DNA from: Ophelia neglecta
Taxonomy: Eukaryota
Length of the DNA stretch: 64,000 bases
Assembly (NCBI GenBank): GCA_965285935.1
Contig: OZ260662.1
Span: 34,534,001 to 34,598,000 of the forward strand
Direction of reading: 5' to 3'
Shown here: piece after piece, positions 55,069 to 64,000 of the stretch
How the letters are laid out: every line of letters starts with the position of its first letter
How positions within the stretch are numbered: position 1 is the first letter of the stretch
The notes under the pieces: model-generated
Databases searched by the model: none
What the model saw: only the letters and a program-made list of their open reading frames with translations
What the model was told of the DNA's origin: nothing
Translations under genes and position numbers: made by a program

Positions 55069-55280
55069 TACGGTATATAACTTAATGTAAGCAGACTGGA
55101 AAAAAGGATAAGTGGTGGTAGGCATGAAAACCATCCTGTGCCCGATTAAGAATTTTTTTAAGTTTTTTACATAATTCCTTACAGCATATTACCTAATCCA
55201 CCAGCATTAATTCTGACAAAGTATTATAAAATTAAATGCCACCAAATTTTTCTGCTGCCAACATGTTGAGATTTACAGTA
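55069..55280. mobile_element. Possible old MITE relic (TACGGTA...TACAGTA ends)
   Basis: Right end gagatttacagta resembles the termini of the 23031 element; left-end match is weak. Confidence 0.25.
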
Positions 55281-55519
55281 TGTTTTTCTCTGCTTTATTT
55301 GTAAAGAATTAAACATGCAAAACAATGTAGGCGCCACAGTGCCAACATGATCTTATCTGTATTAAAAAAAAACTGATCAGAGTTTCTTTTAAGTGTGTTT
55401 GAAGTTAAGTTTTGCTATAAAATGCTGTAGTGTGCACGTGTCTAGCAAACAGTTCACTCTCCAATTTAAGTGATTTGATACTGAAATCTAATTGAAAAAC
55501 AATCCTTGTTGTTTTCCAG

Positions 55520-55651
55520 CTTCTGGGTATGGAGGGTGTAACGTAAACAATGGCGGGTGTGAACACACATGTATCAATGGCTACAACGGCCAATATCATT
55601 GTCGCTGCAACCCAGGCAACCGTTTAGCAGCAGACGGCAAGAGATGTGAAG
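55520..55651 (+). CDS. MEGF6: MEGF6-like exon D: EGF (P)[43 protein letters not shown]
   Basis: gttttccag acceptor, AAG|gtaaaa donor, 132 nt, phase 1-1, six Cys. Confidence 0.95.
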
Positions 55652-55927
55652 GTAAAAATAATCCAAAGAGAAAGGAAATTTTAGTCATTAGATAAGTGAT
55701 CAGAAAAAAGTGGGGTATAATATTTGAACTAAGAAAAACATACATGGTCCTTGAGAATTAAATGAACATTTACCATTTGTTTGAAAAGGACTTATTGTAA
55801 AATCTTCCAAATGGAGCTCAGATCTTTAAATAAAAGACTACATACAATCCTTAAATTGGAAATTACATGGCTTGGTTACTCCTAAAACATTCTTATCATA
55901 ATAATGATATAGTGTTTTTGTTCACAG

Positions 55928-56050
55928 TTTTAGATCCTTGTCAAGATAGGAATGGTGGCTGCATGCACAAGTGTGCTAATTACGGTGGCCAGCCAAAGTG
56001 CCAGTGCTATGCTGGTTACCGGCTCGCTGGAGACAGGAGAGCCTGTGAAG
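55928..56050 (+). CDS. MEGF6: MEGF6-like exon E: EGF VLDPCQDRNGGCMHKCANYGGQPKCQCYAGYRLAGDRRACE
   Basis: ttgttcacag acceptor, AAG|gtgaga donor, 123 nt. Confidence 0.95.
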
Positions 56051-56512
56051 GTGAGACTCCCGAATAATCATTAACTTATGACGGATTAATGGAAAATAAC
56101 CAAGAAAATGTAAAAGTGACTAACTGAAATTATCCCTGAAACAGCTAGGTGATTCATTTATATTGCTGGCTATAAACATGTGTTAATACTATGGATCAAC
56201 TGAAATTATAGATATAAATGGAGTCAGAATTTTGCTAAAAGGACATGTTTTATTTGGTAAATCAAGTTCTTAAGGTGAATAATGAGATTTTTGGAAACTC
56301 GATGAAAAACTATGAGGGAAAGGGGGCGTAATGCCAGACTAATACATGTACCCAAGAGGGGGTTGTTCACATGTGATAACGAAACAATAAGGAGTTCCTT
56401 GTGAGTATACATACACCACATAATACAACTACCTCTAGGCTGCGTGGGCTTATGCAATCTGAAAAGCACTAATCTACACGGATGAATTATTAATTTAATT
56501 TTACCATTTTAG

Positions 56513-56635
56513 ACATAGATGAGTGTAAACAGGACAAAGGTGGCTGTACCCAGGAGTGTGTGAACACTCGGGGCTCCTTTACCTGTACATGTGACCCTGG
56601 ATACCAGCTAGGGACAGACGGCCGCTCCTGCTACA
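56513..56635 (+). CDS. MEGF6: MEGF6-like exon F: cb[44 protein letters not shown]
   Basis: ccattttag acceptor, A|gtaaga donor, 123 nt; absent from the ORF track. Confidence 0.96.
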
Positions 56636-56925
56636 GTAAGACTTCTCACTTCATCTGGTTACATTAATATAGTACATTCTGGTGCTGTTTATGCATTTGT
56701 CAAGTAAACTACAATAAAACATAACTTAAGATCATTTTATCAGCACCTTGCAAAGTATTTTTTTTAATCTGGGATATTCAGTTGAATTCTTAATAGGGAT
56801 TCTTTTCTCCAACATTTCCCATCATTATCGGTGATTAATATGTACAAGCCCTGCAATTAATGCGTCTCTGAAATAAAAATATAATAAGAGGTATTGCTAC
56901 GTAACAGTATTACTCTTTCCCTTAG

Positions 56926-57063
56926 TTGTTCGTATGGAGGTGATTGACAGTTGTGCCACTAACAATGGTGGCTGTGATCATCGGTGTCGTCATGGCGTTG
57001 GAGGACCCATCTGCTCCTGCCACAAGGGATACATACTTGGCGGGGACAGAAGAACATGTCAAG
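56926..57063 (+). CDS. MEGF6: MEGF6-like exon G: EGF IVRMEVIDSCATNNGGCDHRCRHGVGGPICSCHKGYILGGDRRTCQ
   Basis: ctctttcccttag acceptor, AAG|gtacaa donor, 138 nt; CY-IVRMEVIDSC parallels the MEGF6 linker CY-RIEMEIVNSC (recalled). Confidence 0.96.
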
Positions 57064-57586
57064 GTACAACATGTCTGTTTTAACCTTAATTCGTACTAAA
57101 TAATCTGTGTTTTTGAACTAACTGTTTTCAAATATCCATCAAATACTATTCAATGAAGAAAATAAATTTTGCTTCCATTTTAAAGACCAGTTGGCCCCTC
57201 AGTGTTGTTACGTTTGCCCTCAGTATGTTTTTTACCTTTTCAAGTAGTGATGCATGATTCTCAATAGTCCTTTATTTTCCACTTATTTTGACTGGATTAT
57301 TAACAATATTACAATTTCAAAATAAGACTTCCTTACCCTGAGCTATATTGGATTTTGCTGATTTGAAATACCATTTACATTCATTTTATAACTAATTATT
57401 GTAGAAGCTTGATAATAGTATGTGTAGTATTGTACAACTAAATTAATACAATCTCTACCCTTGCTCAGTTTTCACTGTATTGGTAATGAACATTGACTTG
57501 GATCTATGACAGATTCCATTAAAACTATTTAGTCAACTTTGATCATCTTTTCCATTGCTGTTCCTTCCTCCTTTCATGGCCGACAG

Positions 57587-57709
57587 ATATCAATGAATGT
57601 CAAATAGGAGTAGCCTGTTGTCACCAGAACTGTGTAAATGTACCAGGGGCATATACATGTGCCTGCGGGCAAGGATTTGTTGTTGGCCCCGATGGCTGCT
57701 CTTGCCAAG
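57587..57709 (+). CDS. MEGF6: MEGF6-like exon H: 8-Cys cbEGF DINECQIGVACCHQNCVNVPGAYTCACGQGFVVGPDGCSCQ
   Basis: Pyrimidine tract + gacag acceptor, AAG|gtttgg donor, 123 nt; CC...DGCxC pattern typical of MEGF6. Confidence 0.95.
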
Positions 57710-57828
57710 GTTTGGCCGTCAGGCACAACTCCATGTTTTATGTTAAGATGTGATAGATATACATGTAAATAGTACAATTATGTCAAGTCTTGTAAATACA
57801 TTGGTGTCCTGATCTACTTTGTTTAGTA

Positions 57829-58006
57829 CAATGAAACCTGCCTTAGAGACCACCTCTATATTCAGACCAGCTGTCCATTCAGACCAAAAATATGAAGACC
57901 CCACTGTGCACTTTCAATGTAAAATAAGCTGTCTAAACATACCGCCTCTATAATCAGACCAACATTTTACAGTCCCTTGGCTGGTCTCAATTCACTGGTT
58001 TCACTG
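57829..58006. mobile_element. Tc1/mariner-pogo-type MITE, ~178 bp, TA target duplication
   Basis: ta|CAATGAAACCTG...GAGACCA mirrored by TGGTCTC...TGGTTTCACTG|ta; internal repeated cctctata..cagacca. Confidence 0.7.
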
Positions 58007-59343
58007 TATAGAAGCACTGTTTCTGTATATGATAACTGTCACCCATACTCATACCGGACTTGTATATTCATTGATGTACCACAAATATTTTAATCATTAA
58101 TGAATCAAAAAATATGTAAAATCACTGTAGGTAATTAATACTGATATAAACTGTAATTGATTAAAAAAAACTCCTTAGTCCAAAATACCAACTGCCACAA
58201 AATGTTCATTTACAATTATCTTAGCTCAAACTTTCATGAGAATAGTGTTCAGCAGTTAATATAAAGATAAACAAGATGGAAGCGTAGTCATGGAAACAAG
58301 TAAAAGGAGCTGACTGGCCTTTTATTAGTAAATGTGTGCATAAATGTGATGGTTGAAGGTAGATTTGGGTGTTAAGTATATGTAAAACAGGGACTTGGTG
58401 AAAGAAACTGTGTTAGTTAGTAATTATCATGATTCAGTATTTTTTTTAAAGTGTAGAGTGAATATTCTACAGCTGAATAGTATAGGCTAGATTATTTAAA
58501 ATTCTTGAAATATTATTTGCTTATTAGTGCTAATGTCAGAGAGAAGTCTTAGATTATGGTTAAAAAAAGTGGAATCATTAAATGCCCATTGTGGCTGCTT
58601 GATAGAAGAAAACTAAAGCAGCAGACAACATAAGCTAGTCTATAAAATCTGTTTAAATCTGGCCAAATAATAAACACTTAGATACTAACAAGTACTTGTA
58701 CAGCTTTCCACTTTCTGCTTCTTCTTCTACTTAATTGCAAAGGTCCAGATTGTAGTTATGGACAATGTTTGAAATAACCATCAGCTAATAACTTCAAATA
58801 TGATATGATTGCTTTACCAATATTTGCAATGTGATGCACACAGGTTATGTTTAATTGATTGATTTTACATGAATTATTATTTAATCCTACTGCCTTGAGT
58901 ATAAGTGCCATTCACTGTGGTTTGCTCTTGTGACTTGTCTTATCCCATGTTCATGTACATACTTTTCATGTCATTTGTTCAAAGTTTGCTTTTTTGGCTT
59001 TTGAAATACATTGTATGAAGGAGAATATGATAATATTGTGTATATATTTAAACTTTAAACTAGCTATTAAACATAGTAGTTTAATATTATGTTTTGAATG
59101 AAAATTACAATGGCAGTTGTGCAGTTGTAATTGTAAGATACAAATTCTAGCTGTCTTAGAATAGGAAAATATTTACAATGATGCTTTTTAATGGAAAGTT
59201 TCATCATTCTTCACCTTTACAAGTGATTCATTTATACTCTTGCTCATGTCAAAATAAGATTGAATTTTTATTATTCTATGTTATAGGCAAGAAGCGCCAA
59301 AGAAACAATAAAAATAAAAGTACAACTTGTATATTTATTTTAG

Positions 59344-59469
59344 ATGTAAATGAATGTGAGACAAGCAATGGGGGTTGTGAACAGATCTGCGTTAACTCAG
59401 AAGGGTCCTTCGAGTGTGTGTGTAACGTGGGCTTCCGCAAAGAGAGCAACGGCCGCAGCTGTAAGAGAG
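59344..59469 (+). CDS. MEGF6: MEGF6-like exon I: cb[45 protein letters not shown]
   Basis: tttattttag acceptor, GAG|gtaagg donor, 126 nt. Confidence 0.96.
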
Positions 59470-59934
59470 GTAAGGGGCCTCTTAACTGCATTGGCAATCA
59501 GGTTTTAGCTACTTGCAAAATCAGGAAGAAGTTAAAAATTAAAGTTGTTTCATTGTTCTCTTCAATCAGTGTCTTCAACAGAACCTGTAACACATGGTAA
59601 CATTAGCATGGGGGCATTGATAGAAATGAATAATACAACTTATACCACCAAACCAAATCCTGCAAATACCTGTAAAAGACCAAAATATGTAAATAAGCTA
59701 GTTTAAGATGTATATTTTGTACTGGAAATGTAACTAAATAGGAAACGCAAAGCTAAAAATTCAGCTTCCTGAGACTTACTTAGAATCAGAAGAGCTGAAG
59801 TCACTTACTGTTATTCTTGGATTACATTTATATATACTGAAACCTGTTTTTAAATTGCCCACTTCTTTATTTCAGAAAAATATTAGAATACATGGTTGCT
59901 TGTAGAACTTGCATACAGCCTAATACTTACCTAA

Positions 59935-60012
59935 GTGATATAGAAAGCCAAACTGTGATATAGAAAGCCAAACTGTGATATAGAAAGCCAAACTGTGATA
60001 GAGAAAGCCAAA
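59935..60012. repeat. 20-bp tandem repeat GTGATATAGAAAGCCAAACT x~3.9
   Basis: Three perfect copies plus one near-perfect partial copy. Confidence 0.95.
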
Positions 60013-60086
60013 GTTATCAGAGTGTGTGGAAAACTTTTGGCAGGGAATCACTTCATAATTGAGTTTCTTATATCCTTTCTTATTAG

Positions 60087-60266
60087 TCCAAAATGATGTT
60101 GGATATGAGGGAAATAACCAGATAGGAGATGGTGATAATGACTATGATGAGAACTACCCGTTCCCGACAATAAGATTCCAGACCACACCCCAGCCTGTCA
60201 TACCAGTGACGGAGGATGTCAACCTGCCTCACCACAGAGAGCTCCAGGAACCAAGAGCAAGAATAG
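60087..60266 (+). CDS. MEGF6: MEGF6-like exon J: acidic/Pro-Thr linker VQNDVGYEGNNQIGDGDNDYDENYPFPTIRFQTTPQPVIPVTEDVNLPHHRELQEPRARI
   Basis: cctttcttattag acceptor, TAG|gttagt donor, 180 nt, phase 1-1, coding-like GC content; MEGF6 has a Cys-free acidic linker after its N-terminal EGF block. Confidence 0.85.
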
Positions 60267-61231
60267 GTTAGTAAGACTCCTATACAACATAGTAATAATG
60301 TACGCTTTTATAATCTGAAAATATGAATCATACATACAGTAGGTATAAACAAAGTACTAATATTACAGGACAAGAGAAAATATCATACATTTAATTATAT
60401 ATATTTATTAAATTTTAAAATGAAATATTGTATTTATTAATTGTTACCTAATTTTTTACTTTAGTTGTTATAAAGTTTCCATGATCAAGTCAAGCGTGGT
60501 GTGAAGTGCTTGTTCTGCAATGTATTTGTCTAATGTAATTCTTTGTCTCACTGGTATATTTCTCATGTAATTGTGGATGTTTATCTGGTGTAATTAAATA
60601 TTGTCAGTGTTCTGGGAACCCCTTTTTTATGCACAGCTTTTCTTCTATACAATGATTCTCTATTTATTTATTGATAATTGAAACTGTTGTTTGCAACCAG
60701 ATAACTTGCACATGTCAATGATTATAATGCATTGCTTTATTCTTCCTTCTTTGGTTATGCAAATTCAGATAATTCCACACAATATATGTTGGACTTTTTT
60801 TTTAAAGAAATCACAGCCGACAGTTTTTAAATTGTCTTCTGCCACTCACTGTTATAACATGCTTTTAAAGGTAGCAGCTGCTGAATCAGGAGTTTGAAAT
60901 TAAAATAAACAGCCATTTGTCCCAATGTCAAACAGAATATCCAATAACACTACTGGCTTACTTATACTAAAATCTGGTTAAATATTTTAGTTAAATAAGT
61001 CCACTCTTTGGTATTATGAAAGTAATAAAACACTGACAAAGCATTGCCCTGTATACCAGAGAAAAGGTATACTATTAGGCACAGAGCCACTCTTTCCCTG
61101 TATACATTTTAATATGATATAATATAATGGAGAGGCTATTCATTTTAGTGATGACCAGTGCTGTATGATTATTAAGTTAGTTATCATTCCTCAATACGAA
61201 TTATGGTTTCTTCATTTTGAACTATAAACAG

Positions 61232-61252
61232 GAATAAAGGTGATCAAAGGAG
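61232..61252 (+). CDS. Candidate 21-nt microexon, (G)IKVIKG
   Basis: ttcttcattttgaactataaacag acceptor, GAG|gtatga donor, phase 1-1, purine-rich, no stop. Confidence 0.5.
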
Positions 61253-61382
61253 GTATGAGTGAGAGATTTATATTATAATTTGTTTGCACACTTCACAAGT
61301 GTAGGCCTACTCACTTACAATTAAATGTAGATACATACTATCTGTATTATCATAATACCTGCATCCATATAGATTTGTAGAG

Positions 61383-61497
61383 AGTCACAGTTTGTCATAT
61401 ATGAACCTTTCGAATGTATTAAAACCCTGGAAAGTGATGTCTGATTGGTTGAAAATGTTTACCTGAATTAAGTATATGACAAACAAGCTACGTGACT
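61383..61497. mobile_element. Small inverted-repeat (foldback/MITE-like) relic
   Basis: GTTTGTCATATA (61390-61401) / TATATGACAAAC (61473-61484) perfect 12-bp IR plus outer AGTCAC/GTGACT. Confidence 0.45.
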
Positions 61498-62256
61498 GAC
61501 AGTTCTCCTGTATTTTATGACATTGTGGTGGTTATAAGCATTAATTAAACCCCAGAGTGTAGATCATTAAGAGTTACCAGTGATTAACCCTTGCTTGTAG
61601 GTTTTAATTAAGGATGGGTGTTGTACCAGAATATTAAAATCATTCAGTAGGTGTTAAGGTGATGGCTCGGTTCAATCTTTGTTTTCTTTTTGGCGGGTTT
61701 CCACTACTTTGCAGTTGTTGGTTACCGGAGGAATCTTCTCTTTTTAATGGCTGTCCTAATTATAACAATGTGTTGCGGTAAAACAACATATAGACTCACA
61801 GACCCAAGATATAATCTCCAGATCTTGTGATTTTCAAATGTACATATAAAGGTCAAAAATGAAGATGTACAAATTCATTTTGTAAACATATTTGATGTGG
61901 TGGTGTTGGAATAATTTGATTAGCTGTTGTAAGATTTTGTAACATAATAAATATTGGTGATAGCTAGGTGTTAATCAAAATATTTACAAATTCAATTACT
62001 ACATGCATAAAAAAATAGTGTATTTTACATGCATTTATAAATTTAAAAGTCTGTTTGTCTGTATGTGGTTAATTCACCAAGACTAAAAAGTGTTTATAAA
62101 ATTGTTGGGCTTTACTGGTAGACTGAGAATTTTTGTGTATTGTTTGGATATTATTTTATATAATAGAAGGGCATGTTTTGGTGATGTTGGCACTTATTTG
62201 GCTGTATGTCAGCTTCTGTGATGTCCACAATCTGTATGCTTGCCTTAATTCTGTAG

Positions 62257-62325
62257 CCACGGTAGAGCCCATGGAGATAGAGATAGACATACCACACGAT
62301 CGTGACCTGCATGATAGAACCACAG
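62257..62325 (+). CDS. MEGF6: MEGF6-like exon K: linker ATVEPMEIEIDIPHDRDLHDRTT
   Basis: ccttaattctgtag acceptor, CAG|gtaaac donor, 69 nt, phase 1-1, CpG-retaining; peptide resembles the end of exon J. Confidence 0.75.
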
Positions 62326-63026
62326 GTAAACCATAGCGGTTACAGGGATACCTTGGTGTTTGGTGTTTGGTGGTTGATGGGTCATTCAGTCAATATATTA
62401 TAAACATGGCTAATGGGATTTTCAGAGGTTTATTTTCATGTGATAATGTGGGAATGGTATTGTTTTTCCCTAATTTATGATCATTATATGTGAATGGTCT
62501 CAAGGAACCAAGGCAGGATCACACCACAATGTGTTATATTTTGTTTAACTCAGTAAATGAATTAAGTCACAAGTGTGTTACAGTGCAAAATGTTTATGAC
62601 ATGATATACGGCCAGGTGGAAGGGCAGCAGGCACTATTACCGTACCTAACCACCCCTGTAATCAAGGCAGCCAGCCAGGTGCAAATGTATGTCGATTTTG
62701 CAAATACTCAGGGGTCTTCATGGACTGGGTTTTGAAAAGAAATTGATTAAACATCACATGCAGCATGTGTTTTGTAGTTCCACCCATTGATATGTCAAAT
62801 TTGTTTTAGTACATGCAGAATTTCACATGAAAAATTCTTTTCATAGCTGATATTGCACATCTCGGCTTATAGGTACGATAATCTTAAGAAATTCAATTTT
62901 GGGAATGGGTTTTCTTATAGTCTGAGACCAAGAGCATTAATCAAAAAATAAATAAATCACCATAACAAATTGCGAAATCAGCACCAATATTGCCTTATTA
63001 TGGAAATTTAGCCCTAGATTTTTGTG

Positions 63027-63039
63027 GTTGCTAGGCAAC
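63027..63039. promoter_or_regulatory. RFX X-box-like near-palindrome GTTGCTAGGCAAC
   Basis: Matches GTNRCN-N(0-3)-RGYAAC; extends to TGGTTGC-TAG-GCAACCA. Confidence 0.3.
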
Positions 63040-63721
63040 CAATTTTTTTTAGCCTTTTTTAGACACAAAATTTTAATTTCAATACGCTTCAAAAAGATAT
63101 GTTAATCTGTTAAGCAGTATTAAGTTAAAGTGTCCAGAGACATTTAATATGAATTCCAACAAGTTTTATCCAGAACGTTCCATATCTGCCTTGTTTCCGT
63201 GAGGACTCATTGGCCCTCCTCTTGCCAGTATTATCCAACCTTAATTGTCACACCATACAAAACCAATCTGAAACTACAGCTATGTATATATATTTAATGA
63301 CATAAGCCAATTTTTAACATTCATATATATGATATGGAATAAGATTGTAAATATAGTGTGGGAAAAATATTTTGATATGTTTGCGTGTTGATCTAAATGT
63401 TCACCAGAAATTATGATGAAATGGTTCCTAGTTATACCCGTCCCTGCATTATCTGTTTTTCCCTGTATTAGACATACATGTAAAATAATGATGTCTGTTA
63501 TGGCTGATTTTTCTGTGATTGCTTTTATTTGTAAATTAACATTGCCTAATGTCATTGATGACCTTTATTTGTTATGGCTTTGTTTATTGTTACTTTATGT
63601 TTTTGTATTTGTTTATGTTACAAGTTATAAATTTAAATTAATGTCATTTTTTTCATCTTGATCTTTTTCATGTTTTTTTTGTCCTAGTCAGTGACTTAAC
63701 GCAGTTATTGTATTTCCGTAG

Positions 63722-63748
63722 TTGTCCACATTAGAAGAACCATGTCAG
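63722..63748 (+). CDS. Candidate 27-nt microexon, (V)VHIRRTMS
   Basis: cttaac branch-like motif, tatttccgtag acceptor, CAG|gtgctc (weak) donor, phase 1-1, no stop. Confidence 0.35.
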
Positions 63749-64000
63749 GTGCTCACATGCCTAGCAATATTGTATTGACAAATACTGATTGGATTGTGTA
63801 TGCCTTTGATTTATGATGAAGAAAGCCAGACACACATTTCCTGGATTACCGCCTGTCATTAAAATCCACAGTGCTTCAAGCCTTCATCAAGCATACCAAA
63901 CCTTCATACTATAAATCTTGACCCGCTTCAGCTAGCTCAGTTTTGTCTTTCCAATATTTGTGTAATCAAAACTTTTGGATCAAATATGCCTTGTATATAA

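Noticed and set aside
62847-62872. 26-nt exon-like segment
   Set aside because: Not a multiple of three and ends in an in-frame stop.

Overview
AT-rich, CpG-depleted animal (probably marine invertebrate) genomic DNA. The whole window lies inside one + strand gene, a MEGF6/EGFEM1-family multiple-EGF extracellular protein. I trace 11 canonical GT-AG coding exons, all phase 1-1, totalling 1365 nt (455 codons): one EGF exon at 19345-19449, a 30,266-bp intron, eight EGF/cbEGF exons at 49716-59469 and two linker exons at 60087-62325. Several of these exons are not correctly represented in the ORF track. The N-terminal signal/EMI exons and the C-terminal EGF-laminin exons were not found and presumably lie outside the window. 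The introns hold a 4-kb C-rich minisatellite (source of the long spurious P/S/Q ORFs), a 47-bp minisatellite with higher-order structure, several non-autonomous DNA-transposon (MITE) copies and microsatellites. There are no prokaryotic systems, CRISPR arrays or RNA genes. The most interesting unexplained signal is a possible alternative-splicing layer: three frame-preserving microexon candidates (15, 21 and 27 nt), an apparently duplicated 'PHxRxL' linker module, and a possible internal or first exon in the giant intron. All of these need RNA-seq confirmation. Comparisons to human and mouse proteins are from memory, not from a search.
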